DNA from: Chrysomallon squamiferum | Taxonomy: Eukaryota > Animalia > Mollusca | Direction of reading: 5' to 3' | DNA length: 64,000 bases | NCBI GenBank assembly: GCA_012295275.1 | Contig: CM022667.1 | Location: 22,408,595-22,472,594 of the forward strand | Position numbers and translations under genes: made by a program | Notes under the pieces: model-generated | Told to the model about the DNA's origin: nothing | The model's database searches: none | Seen by the model: the letters and a program-made list of their open reading frames with translations, nothing else | Shown here: piece by piece, positions 52,870 to 64,000 of the stretch | Position numbering within the stretch: the first letter of the stretch is position 1 | Layout: each line of letters starts with the position of its first letter

Positions 52870-53543
52870 TGTTCATTTTGCTTTGATTAGCGAGACAAAA
52901 TCCGAGTTACGAGCAAGCTTCAGATATGCCGCCGCTAGTTGGCGCAACGAACAAAATAACATCCGGCCAGCGTCCCGCTTCTCACTCGTTCACTTCACGT
53001 GGTTACCTCGCCTGGAAGCATCTCTGTGGTATTGTGCTCGCGTTTTGCGCAGTATTTTGCAATATTTCTTTTTTTCTGGCCATGGATCGTAAGAAAGTGA
53101 GTGCAAAGGACAGTGCTGAAAAGAAGCGGATGATGTCCATTGAAAAACATGAGCGTGGTGTGCATATAGTCGAATTGGCTAGGCAGTACGAGCGTAGTAC
53201 TTCTACGATATATACCATGCTGAAGTTGAAGGCTAAAAATAATTTGTCTGATCTTCAAGATAAATACACTTTACAAAACCAATTTATTTCTTTACATTCT
53301 CTTTTATTTTGTTTTTATACAATATTTGTCATTTATAAAAACATTTTTCTTATTTAAAAAATATACAAAGAAAAAAATGCAAAAAAAAAAATATACAAAA
53401 AAAGGGGGTTTTCGGAGGTCTGGAACTGATTAATAGTATTTCAGTTAATTTCAGTTGGGAACATTGATTTGATATTCGTGTTTGGTCATGGAACGAATTT
53501 TCTCGTAAATCAAGGTATCTTAAACTCGTACGTCAAGGTACCA
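52870..53543 (+). mobile_element. Non-autonomous Tigger/pogo-type element, copy 2 (intergenic), 5' end eroded, 3' TIR duplicated
   Basis: MDRKKVSAKDSAEKKRMMSIEKHERGVHIVELARQYERSTSTIYTMLK HTH remnant; shares the post-deletion block caagataaatacactttacaaaaccaattt with 26703-27434; ends ctcgtaaatcaaggtatc-ttaaa-ctcgtacgtcaaggtacca. Left boundary approximate. Confidence 0.85.
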
Positions 53544-54165
53544 ATTACACGTGTTTTAACGTTTGTAAACAGTTTGATCTATTGTGTTTTTGTTAGGTTG
53601 AGCTCGTAATTAAGTGAATGTAAGCTTTTATTACATAGCTGGTACTTTCTTACAGCAACACTTGCATAAAATATAATGTCTTTAGTGGCTTAAGGCTTGC
53701 CATGTTCGTTATAATGTGAGTAAAAAATAATAGAATTGAAATAACTTATTTGCTATATTAAGGATTTGTTCGACAGTACATGTTAATTTAAAGCATCTGT
53801 AAGAAAAATTATTACACAAATAGTTTGATACTGTAATTTATGTGTATGTTTCACATAGCTCTTAATCGGTGATTTACAAACTTTTTCATTTATTATTTTC
53901 ACTTTATAAAATCATATGTTACACGTGCCGCTGTGGTTATAATGATGATGAGATAATAAAAATGCTTAGGCTGACACTTGGTAACTCTGGCCTCTTTTAG
54001 GCTAACAGTGTGGAGATCTGCGGTTCTACACTAAGGAATTTGAGAAAATATTTTAACGAACAAAACATTAACTTAAGAAAGGTTTAATTCACTAAAAAAA
54101 ATATTACAGTAATGATAAACTGTATTCAAATGTCATTTTGTATCCAATCTAGGAACTCTTATTTA

Positions 54166-54167
<2 letters not shown>

Positions 54168-54226
<59 letters not shown>
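54168..54226. repeat. (TAT)n microsatellite
   Basis: Directly visible. Confidence 0.95.
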
Positions 54227-54919
54227 TAAAGCGATTATCAATACGTGAACTTAAATCAGAAAGATTCATTCGATTAACTTTATAGAAACATTCTTACTGA
54301 TGCATAACTACAATTAATTAAGTTGCAGGAACTGCAACTCTATCTGAAATCTTCCTTTATTGGCACATTTTATTTATTACGAGCTGACATTATTTTAATG
54401 TTAATCTATCACATAATAGGTCACATTTAGTTAATCCTGTCAGGAATTATTATTATTATATACATATAACTAGCCGAAATAATTCAGCGATGATACTATC
54501 ATATTATATATGTGTTTGGGTGTGTGTGTTTAATGGTATGTATAATATAATTATGGTATCACTAACTTGTAAAAACATAATGTAACTACTGTATTTGTGA
54601 GAAAAGACATAAATAATAATTAATGGTTGTATCATTATTTTTACAGAAGTACTGTGCTTATTTATACGAGAAGAATAATAGCTTTAAAAAAAGAAAAAAG
54701 GTCCGTCATACATTCCTAGTGATTTCTTATATTAAACATAAAAGTTTAATCTTCCTATATATATATATCCATACATTTTATATGTGAATGAATAAGTCTC
54801 TGTGTGTGTGTGCATGCGTATGTGTGTGTTTACCTGGTATTAACAGTTAATGACCATAATATGCGAAACACTAAGAAGCATAATATCAATGTTGTAACAC
54901 ACAGCAGTGCCTTTATTGT

Positions 54920-55452
54920 ACATTATGACGTCATATTGAGAAGTCCCGAAAGAGTAATTACGTCATATGAAATTTAAATTTGACGCATATTTTAAAATAT
55001 CGACGTTTTGTCATCAAATATCGCACCGAGTTTTTGAATTTTGAAACGACCTTGCCCTTTGTACTCTAACAGTGCCAATGGTACAGAGTTTAGTCATGTG
55101 CAAGACGAGCTGTCAGGTAATGCTATTGGTCACTTGTAATGACGTCACGAATGCGAAAACGTATATCTTTGCAAAAATAGGACAATGGAGGTCAAGGACA
55201 TTAACTAGCTATTTATGTATTTTATTAACTGAGTCTGCGCAAATGGATTGGTGTATTGTGATTGGTCAACTTTAATAATTATGCAGGACGATGACGTACC
55301 AAGCGCTTGAAGTTGAAGGGAATCACGTGACAGACTAGTCGCCATGATGAATAGTGCGCTGCACTACGAAGTAATGGACTGCAAAAAGTCTATTTCTAGT
55401 CTTTGATTTAGGTCATTGTTTTAATTTGTAATAGATGCTACACCATTTGCAG
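54920..55452 (+). promoter_or_regulatory. Putative promoter and non-coding first exon of the MEP-1-like gene
   Basis: CpG-retaining region with TGACGTCA (54926, 55140), TTACGTCA (54958), ATTGG (55125, 55247, 55261), TCACGTGA (55323), then a donor CAG|GTAATT at 55452/55453; a strong acceptor TTTTTCAG|A lies 1 nt before the ATG at 57617. Confidence 0.6.
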
Positions 55453-57616
55453 GTAATTCTTACATTAACATTTAAAATCGTAATAGCAGCTGTTTACTTT
55501 TTACCGTTTTATGTTAGTTTTTGTTGATAGGGAAGCCAACAACTGGTTTGCTTTGAAGGGTCGCACCTCTGTTATTGTATACTTGAAAATGGCTACCGCC
55601 TGCTCGCGCCTTTTCTCATGTTGCAAGGCAGACAATCGCGTACCGAAGTTGTTACCTGAAAAATGTTATATAGCTACATATTTGTTCAGTATAATGAATG
55701 AAATGTAAAACATATGTTTATCGTAATTAATAATAAACAGATTAAATATAAATATTTCATTTTACCATTACATTGTATCACTGTCCCTGTCAGTAGTACT
55801 AGTACAAGTAGTAGTAAAACCAGTCGCTGAGTGTCAGTCGTTGAGATCGGCTCGTTGCGACCACCACCGGTTTAACCGATTCACATGTTAATGTACGAAA
55901 CAATCATCACGTTACAGACAACGAATTGAATAACAATCATAATAATGATAATGATTGTGATTGAAAGTGAGAAGTAAAGGAGTGATATTGATATTCAATT
56001 ATTCATCATGTTGGTAAAATTTTATCAATTATTCTGTAGTCAGTATCTTAAGCTAATGTTGTTTGTATTTTTAAATTTATTTGATTTGATTTGATTTTTT
56101 CCATAATTTGTAAAGTGTCTCAGTTATGAGTTTTGAAGATCAAAATATCTGTAGCATTGTATAGGTATATTTTTTGGCAATAAGTTCACAATAGGCCTGT
56201 AGTATATTTTGATGAACTAGAGTGATACCTTCATTGGCAGATTTTATGTGCATCTATAATGGGTTGATCCTGTTTATAATGATTACATTTTTATCATTCA
56301 ATGCAACTGTAAATCAATTTTCTCACAAATAAAATATTTATTTCCAAATGCAAATGATGTGTCTATCTGGTGGCAATGGTTTTATACCAAGTGCATCCTT
56401 CAATGCTAATGATCAGATGTAAGGTTATTAATTATGGCTAATCCTCACACACACACACACACCCTCCTTTAGTTAGGCAGAAATATGAATTTAGAAAGAA
56501 AATAGTCGGATAATTTCAGTGAATTTGCCCTAGCAGTGTTACCATTTTCATTTTGTGCATAATGAAATATTTTCTACCATACAAGTGGTCTAGCTTGGTA
56601 ATTTCTATACTTACCAGATGAACCCTGACATATGTCTTTTTGATTTATTAATCCAAATCCGGTTGTTGATTTTTGAAATAACATAAAGCTGTTTTCTAAA
56701 ATTTCTGTGAAGCACAGCCCTCTGATTGGCAGTTTCCCATGCCATTTGTTGGTATTGGCAAACTTTGTGAGAAACTTTCACTCCAGAATAAGAACATTGA
56801 TTTAAAAAAAATATATATTACTTTGAAGATTACTATGTGTACTTCATTTTTTTACAGGTAGCAATGTCCTTGCTTTGAGGAAACCATTGCTTTTGATTTG
56901 GCTCAAGTAGCCAGTGATCTGAACTCATAAACAAGTTATGGTTTTTTCTTTTGGCATTTGTGACATTATTCTTTAGGATTCCCAAGTCAAAACAAGCTGG
57001 TCAGTCTAGGAAAATATAACTGAGCTTTATATTACACGCTAAAAGTTGGAATACAGAAGAAAAACATACAGCTGCCAAGTTGGTAAAAAATATAAATAAT
57101 GAATGTTTCTGCATTGTCTTTTAATAATATAACCATTTTAAATAGTTTCATTCTTTTCTAGGTTGCCAGACACCATTTTGATAAGCCAGGGTTTACTATG
57201 GACAAAACTTAAGTGATTTTAATTTAATTATTACTAGAGAGAGTGCATAACTGTATGACTTATCACAAATGAGCATATTCTAGTTTAGATACTAAAGTCA
57301 AAAGGGTCAAAATTATCTATGTTAGACAAAGCCCTCTGTTAATATTTTTTTTTTTTTAGTAAAGAAGTATCATATGTATGCCTCATCAGTAAAACATTAC
57401 TAAATTCTCATAAGATTGCCTAGTAGAAAATGTTTATATGCTTGGTAAGAAGCATGAAAAAACAGGTATTTATTTTTTTTATCCGTTTAGTTGTGTGGTT
57501 CAGTATACTTTTTTCTTTTATTACTTCTTTTTATCATTATTGTTTTTAAACAAAGCTTAAAATTGTATTTAGTGTTCAGAATTGATATATTTACAGTTTA
57601 TTTTTAATTTTTCAGA

Positions 57617-60600
57617 ATGGAAGTCGACCAACTGGAGCAAATGGCAGACTCAAATGGTCAAGACACTAGAAATAAGGATAATGCAATACATAACAGTAAA
57701 GAACATACAAAAGATGATCTAATTAAAGGAAATGAAGAAAATGAGGGAAAAGAGTCCTATATCACTGTAGGTAATAGAAGCTGTGACATTGGTTCAAACA
57801 AACACTTGCAGAAAATGTCCTCAGGAAGTGAAGCAAACAAAACTAATAACAAGTGGTTAGCAACAGAATGTGTTATGAATGGAAACACAGAAGACCATAG
57901 TGACACTTCAAGTAACGCTGAAGTTGATAAAGAAATTGAAAATAATGATGAAGAACAAGGCTGTTCCATGAAAAAAGCTTCACACAATGGTGCTACTTTT
58001 CTAACTGATGTAGCAAATGAGGACAACTTTAAAATTAATATATTTTCTGCAGAAAATATTGAACAAACTACAGGGGCTAAAAATAATGTATTAGAAAAGC
58101 ACCTTACAGAACTTGATCCTAAATCAATGGAATCATATAACAAAGATAAAATCATTACTTCTGATGATAAAAATGGAGTAGACACAAGCAAAGAAACTAG
58201 TAATTCATGTAATATGAAAAACAACACTGAAGATGATAATGAATTCAAAGAAAGCAAGCCTGCATGTGAAGACTTTACTAATTCAGAAAGAACTAGTCTA
58301 AGCAAAAATCAAACTGATGAAGAAATGCCAGAAGTACAAACATCTAATGAAGCTGTTGAAAATGAGAATAAAAAGGAAGAAGGTGAAGCTGATGAATATG
58401 GAGATAAATTATCAAATTCAGAAGATTGTGAGATAACCTGTGAATCTGAAAATGACAAAACAAAACAAAGTTATGCAGATAAAAAGGAAGAACATGAGAC
58501 ATATAAGAAAGATAATGGTGTGGAACAAATTGAGATTGATGATAATTTGTCAAACTGCAATTCCAAAAATAATAAAAGTATTGGAGATTTGCTGCCAATC
58601 AGACATACAGTGGAGCCTGAAACATCTCTCATAGGCAACCCTCCATTTATAAGTGTTACTTACTCAGCCCGAGGCCCTGTGCCAGTTACATCAACTGGTA
58701 ATAATAATCTTAGGCCAACATCATCATCTGTCAAAATGGTAGTGCCCACCATGAAAACTGGACTTACTTCACAAGCTCGGCCACAATTTCAAAATCAGTT
58801 TCAGTTCTATTTGCAAGCTCCTAGTGTAAATGTTAATAATAACAACCAAAATGTTGGTGTTTTGAATATTCAGTCTGGAGCAGAATCCAGTAATTGTCAG
58901 TTCAGTAACAGGCAGGATAAAATAGAACCACCTCATTCACCTCAGTCCAGCATGGACATGATAGAATTATCACGATGGGAAGTAAAACAAGGTTTACATA
59001 GAAGAGCAAGGAACACAAAAATTAGACCAGAGTCAGAACTCAGTAATCTTGCTCGCTTTCTTCGTGACTTTGGACAGGATTTAGTTAAAGAAGCTGTTTA
59101 TAGTGATCTAGTTAAAATTCAACAAAAACGTAATTTAGAAGGAAAATTAAAAACAAAAGAAGCTGAGGATTTCAAGAAATTAAAGAGTGTTCACCAGGAG
59201 CTTCGCGAGAAAGTAGGTCCATGTAAAGTCCAGCTAAATAAAAAATGCTCATGTGGTTTCAAAACTGAATCTACTAATGTGATGTACGCACACAAACAGC
59301 ATCCACACATTGATGGATATGATATGTGCTGTGCATATTGTTCTTTTGTAACAAGAAATACTCATGTTTTCCGATTTCACTTAGAAGGCGAACATAATGT
59401 TAAGCCTGTCATTGAAATGAAACCACCATTGTGGGAATGCAATCTTTGTCCTTATGAACATAACATCAAAAACAAATTAACTCAGCATAAATTTAAATGT
59501 ACTAAAAACTTTAAATTACATCTAAACTTGCATCCAGCATGGATGCCTGGTCCTGAAACAAATTTTTGCCTTGAAAATTTAATGTATAAATTTCCTGCTA
59601 TTAGAATGCCATCTCCACAGATTTTCAATAAGCAAACCATTCGCCCACAGTTTAAAGCAATAGGGCAACGGCTACCAGCTCCAAGAATAGGTGATACTGT
59701 TCAGCAGATAAATACAGCACGATCCCAACATACAATGAAATTTGGAGGTCAAAGGCCAGGCATTGCACCAAATGTTAATTTCTTCCAACAGAGGCCAAGT
59801 CAGATTGGTCAGAACAATGCAAGAACAACACTGCGAAATGTTTCTGCTACTTTAACTCCTAACCATCCTGGGTTTCAGTTAAATAGAATGCCTACCCCTA
59901 CAGCTATGCCTCCTTTGCTGCAGAAACAACAGATAAGAAGTCAGATGCCAAAAGTGTCAATGGGGTCTGCCAAGTCTACACCATCCACTGCCAATGTCAC
60001 ATCAAAAATCAACCATCTAATAACATTAAATGACCAGGTTCTTGACATGGCAGCAAAAGGTCAGCCTAGTACAGGGTTTGAAATTTGTGAAATATGTGGT
60101 GGATATGTTAAAGACAGGACAGCTCTGCGCATTCATTTCTTTTATGCTCATCGTATTGACATGCCTTATGCAGTCTTTGAGCGCATTCATCCTCCTTTGT
60201 ATTGTGCTACATGTTTTTCTCGTTTTTGGACTGCTCAGGGTCTTCAGAAGCATCTTGATATCCACAAAGAAGATTCAAGTGGTGGAGTTGCAGGGAAGTG
60301 TGTTGTGTGTGGCCACAGAGTTCCTAATATCTTGATGCACATGAGGATAGTTCACAACAAAGCTTTGAACAATTTCTTAAAAGAATGTAAGTGTATTTTC
60401 TGTGGGACCTCTTTTCAAAACAAAACTATTGTTGAAAACCACATGGCAGCAATTCATGGAGTTGTTGTTAAATCAGGAAATCCAGTTGATTCTTCCTCTG
60501 CTAAATTACAACGACCTGCAGCAGACAAAACAGGAACATCTAGTCAAAAGTCAGGTACAGCTCTTGTGAAAGGCAGTGTGTGTGTATTATGTAACCTAAA

Positions 60601-61516
60601 CTTTGGTCGAAATGTTGATTTGACTAGACATTGTATGAAAGTGCACCATACTTGCATGAAATGTGGTATGGTTGTTGCTGACAAGCTATCTCTATTGAAA
60701 CACACATGTCTGGAATCACCAGCAGGTCTCAGAAACTGTGAGCTCTGTGGTGAGAAAGGTTTCCACCCAGCTTACCATGTCAAGCATATCAGAGACAAAC
60801 ATTTGAAGAAATGTTCAGTTAAGATCTGCAGGATGTCTGTAGACAAGAGACAACTTTCACAAAATATTAAATCGGTAATAGATGAAATCATTGATGTTGA
60901 TAGCAGACCTACTCCAGCAAAGAAATATAAAGCTGCCAGACCAAGTAAGCCACCGGAAAGTAATTCTCAGTCAAATATGTCAAGTAACAGCAAAAAGAGA
61001 CTTACGGAATCAGAGAATAATTCTGAAGATGAGGCAAACAAACCAGGTATTACTGCTGCCAAAAAAGCTAGAACCATAGATGAAAATAAGAAAATGAATG
61101 ACATTGAAGATAAAAACAAACATAAAGCAGAGATTTCTAATGTTATTCCAAATTCTAGCAAACAAGAAGCAGTTAATGATGAAAGTACCAACGATAATGA
61201 AAAAGATACCTCCGAACAAACTGCAGATATTAGTACAGATGAAAATAAAGCATCTAGTCAAAGTAAACTTGACAGAATATCTGTGAAAAACCATACAGCT
61301 ACTGAGAGTTCTAACAGAAAACTGAAGACTTTAGATGGCACTAATGATACAGAAATTAAATCTGCCAAGTCTGATAATAGTTCTAAACAAGATCAAGGTA
61401 ATAACAGTTCAAGTGATGAGGGTGAAGGCAGTGCCTTCTGTGGTTTTCAGAGTCTTACAAAACCTGACAAGAATACAAATATTGATAGCGAAAGTGGGGG
61501 TTCAGAATCTGATTAA
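57617..61516 (+). CDS. MEP-1: MEP-1-like C2H2 zinc-finger protein (MOG-interacting and ectopic P-granules protein 1 family), 1299 aa, intronless CDS
   Basis: Acidic disordered N-terminus; blocks LARFLRDFGQDLVKEAVYSDLVKIQQKR, CGFKTESTNVMYAHKQHPH, CNLCPYE...KLTQHKFKCTKNF, Q/P-rich linker, FEICEICGGYVKDRTALRIHFFYAH and PPLYCATCFSRFWTAQGLQKHL resemble Drosophila/C. elegans MEP-1 as recalled; further C2H2 fingers follow. ORF certain, family assignment from memory. Confidence 0.82.
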   Translation: MEVDQLEQMADSNGQDTRNKDNAIHNSKEHTKDDLIKGNEENEGKESYITVGNRSCDIGSNKHLQKMSSGSEANKTNNKWLATECVMNGNTEDHSDTSSNAEVDKEIENNDEEQGCSMKKASHNGATFLTDVANEDNFKINIFSAENIEQTTGAKNNVLEKHLTELDPKSMESYNKDKIITSDDKNGVDTSKETSNSCNMKNNTEDDNEFKESKPACEDFTNSERTSLSKNQTDEEMPEVQTSNEAVENENKKEEGEADEYGDKLSNSEDCEITCESENDKTKQSYADKKEEHETYKKDNGVEQIEIDDNLSNCNSKNNKSIGDLLPIRHTVEPETSLIGNPPFISVTYSARGPVPVTSTGNNNLRPTSSSVKMVVPTMKTGLTSQARPQFQNQFQFYLQAPSVNVNNNNQNVGVLNIQSGAESSNCQFSNRQDKIEPPHSPQSSMDMIELSRWEVKQGLHRRARNTKIRPESELSNLARFLRDFGQDLVKEAVYSDLVKIQQKRNLEGKLKTKEAEDFKKLKSVHQELREKVGPCKVQLNKKCSCGFKTESTNVMYAHKQHPHIDGYDMCCAYCSFVTRNTHVFRFHLEGEHNVKPVIEMKPPLWECNLCPYEHNIKNKLTQHKFKCTKNFKLHLNLHPAWMPGPETNFCLENLMYKFPAIRMPSPQIFNKQTIRPQFKAIGQRLPAPRIGDTVQQINTARSQHTMKFGGQRPGIAPNVNFFQQRPSQIGQNNARTTLRNVSATLTPNHPGFQLNRMPTPTAMPPLLQKQQIRSQMPKVSMGSAKSTPSTANVTSKINHLITLNDQVLDMAAKGQPSTGFEICEICGGYVKDRTALRIHFFYAHRIDMPYAVFERIHPPLYCATCFSRFWTAQGLQKHLDIHKEDSSGGVAGKCVVCGHRVPNILMHMRIVHNKALNNFLKECKCIFCGTSFQNKTIVENHMAAIHGVVVKSGNPVDSSSAKLQRPAADKTGTSSQKSGTALVKGSVCVLCNLNFGRNVDLTRHCMKVHHTCMKCGMVVADKLSLLKHTCLESPAGLRNCELCGEKGFHPAYHVKHIRDKHLKKCSVKICRMSVDKRQLSQNIKSVIDEIIDVDSRPTPAKKYKAARPSKPPESNSQSNMSSNSKKRLTESENNSEDEANKPGITAAKKARTIDENKKMNDIEDKNKHKAEISNVIPNSSKQEAVNDESTNDNEKDTSEQTADISTDENKASSQSKLDRISVKNHTATESSNRKLKTLDGTNDTEIKSAKSDNSSKQDQGNNSSSDEGEGSAFCGFQSLTKPDKNTNIDSESGGSESD

Positions 61517-64000
61517 TCAATGACTACACTGCCTTGATAGTTATGTAACATCATAGTAATGCATAATAATATTTTCCATCCAAAAAAATAGTTATTTTTA
61601 TTTCAAAACCAAAATATAACATTTTGAAGCTGGCTGCAATCTCCAAATTGTGTATTACAGTCTAGATACTTTTTTTCCATGCAAATACAAACTGGATTTA
61701 ACCATCATTTGACTTCAGCTACAGCAATAATATATATATATATATTTAAATTATGGTGTTTGCTGTTTCTGTTGAATTTCTCCCTTTTAAAATATATTGT
61801 CATTATTTTCCTTTCTTACATATAAACTACATACATATATGTACATTAATAAAATTCTAACAGATTTTGTTAACTGAAACAAAATTACTGAATATTTAAA
61901 AAAAGAAAAGAAAAAAAATTATTGTAAATTCAGTAGGAAGTTATATAATAATTAAAATATCTTGACTGAGTTAGTGGTAATTTATGATTATCCTTCAGAT
62001 TATAATAATTTGGTTACGTTTATATTAATATTTTTTATTGTTTAATTAAACTTAATTTAATTTCTTCTTTTTTTTCTTTTTTTTAAATTTAATTAATATT
62101 TTGGTAATAATTTAAATATATAAATTCATTATAACTGTATCTTTGATACTTTTTTTTGTTTATTAATTAAAAATGTTACTAGGCAACACAAAGAAAACAT
62201 TTTTATTTGTGATTCTGTTGTGATCTATAAATCTCACACCAGCTGTATTTGATGGTCTTGTAAATATTTTCAAGCTTTTTATTCATAAATATCTTGTTCA
62301 GACAAATTTGGATTACAGATATGTCTATGATAATGATCTGTGTTTGCATTTTTTTTTTTTGTTAAGAAATGTTATACATGCTTGTTTGTGATTGTTCTTT
62401 CTTTTCTTTTTTGCCCCTTATTTTTGCCCAACACAAGAACATGAAAGAGAATATATTTATAATTATTATTATTAAACAAATCCCAAATAATTATTTTTAT
62501 GTTATTGAGGTCTCACGTCTTCAGAATGTAGTTTGCTGATAATTAGTTGGAACTAGATGGTGTTTTCTGTCATTTCTTGTTCAGATTTTGTTAAAGTATG
62601 ACAGATTAATTATAAAATACTTTTAGGTTTAGTGTAATCATTAAAAAAAAGATTTTGTATTTAATTATTTTTTTAAATTTTTCTGTTTTTAAATTGTCTT
62701 TGAATCACACATCTTTGTATAATACAGGGTCTTGATAAAGAAGCATGTTTTTTTTTGTTTTTTGTATTGTAGTTCATAAATGTTTTATAATACAGAATTT
62801 TTTGAATTAACTGATATTAACAAGTTATCAGTGGTACAGTATAATAGTCAATCTGTTTGCATCTAAAAGAATAATACACAGAACATTTTTTTTATTTTTA
62901 TGAATTTTTATTTATTATTCATCTTTTTAAAAATAAAATACTAAGGTTTCATAATATATTTTTAAGAAGGTTGATAATAATCCTGTTACTGCCAGTAAAT
63001 AGCTACAAATGACTGTTTCTTCTTCACAGCTGTAGATAAAAATATGTATTTTAAATAATGGTTATACTAAAATGGAGAGATAAAGCAATTTAGGAAAAAA
63101 TTATTGCATTCAGTTAAGCTAATTAAAATAATAATAAAAGTTGGATTAAGTTAGCATTTCCAAAAAGTGTAAGTAGTTAAAACATTTTATTTCCTCTTAA
63201 TGAAACCATGACCTTTCATTGATCTAATTTGTGTGGGTGGGGGGGAGGATTAGACTATTCCCCATGAAAAGTTAACTCTTGAGATAGTTCTGATTTTTAA
63301 AATGCCAGAATTAATAGAAAAGTTTGTTTTCTCAATAAGGCTTTTTCATTATCATTACAAAGTTTATATAGCTGTAAGCAGGGAATTGTCATTTTGTCAA
63401 TATGGTATTTTCATTATTACGTATATAACTATAAACAGGAACATTGAATTTAGAAAATGGGGCCTACTAGTAGAAGCAAGGGTTTCCTATCCATCTTCTG
63501 TTCAAAATAGGCAGCAGTGAACTTATTCATAAATCATTAATGCACAACTTTTTAAAACAGAAGTGTCATTTATAGTGAAACTACTTTCAATGGTGCTTGT
63601 ATCAAGTTGTTATCACTGTCTCATTTTTTTTTTTTTTCTTTAACTATGCTTATTTATTACATTTTAGTATTCACATTTTAGTGTTTATAAATTATATACT
63701 TCAGTATAATTAATTTCATATATTATTTTAATGTTTTAATGATCATTTATGTTAGTTTCAGATTCAAATTTACATTTAAAATATGGGACCATGTGTAATC
63801 CCATATAAGTGTAAATAAATGATTCCATAACTTCATAAGCAAACAGATTTTAATTTAGGTTTTTTTTTCCCAATCACTCATAACAAATATAGAAGTTGAT
63901 TTAGTCTTAAAACCAGTTTGTTGGACGTATAGAAAAATTGTTGTATTCATAATTTAAAATGTCTTAAGAATAAATAACATAAATATTGAAGTGTTGTTGT

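Noticed and set aside
52926-53357. 143-aa ORF as a functional TIGD-like gene
   Set aside because: HTH remnant has an internal deletion relative to the other copy, no DDE domain, and runs into the TE's AT-rich tail.
57757-61294. Antisense and alternate-frame ORFs overlapping the MEP-1-like CDS
   Set aside because: Shadow ORFs expected from codon bias of the long sense ORF; no recognisable domains.

Overview
AT-rich, microsatellite-rich eukaryotic (metazoan, probably invertebrate/lophotrochozoan; taxon is inference only) genomic DNA with spliceosomal introns. 18..43996 (+) is the 3' portion of HYDIN (60 exons reconstructed by hand, ending [10 protein letters not shown]). Converging on it is a 3-exon KIAA1143 homologue (-, 46815..51387), whose first intron holds a decayed FLYWCH-MULE transposase, a LINE 3' fragment and a Tc2-like MITE. 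A structurally intact selenocysteine tRNA gene (-, 51712..51798) sits about 325 bp upstream of the KIAA1143 ATG on the same strand. A CpG-retaining, CRE/CCAAT/E-box-rich region leads to a divergent MEP-1-like C2H2 zinc-finger gene with an intronless CDS (+, 57617..61516). Most notable observations: the tRNA-Sec/KIAA1143 tandem arrangement, a perfect RFX X-box palindrome in the longest HYDIN intron, paired transposon copies recording CpG decay inside versus outside the HYDIN gene body, a frameshift-eroded KIAA1143 C-terminus, non-canonical splice sites and several intronic fold-backs. No clearly new biological system is demonstrable from sequence alone; family assignments are from motif recognition, not database searches.
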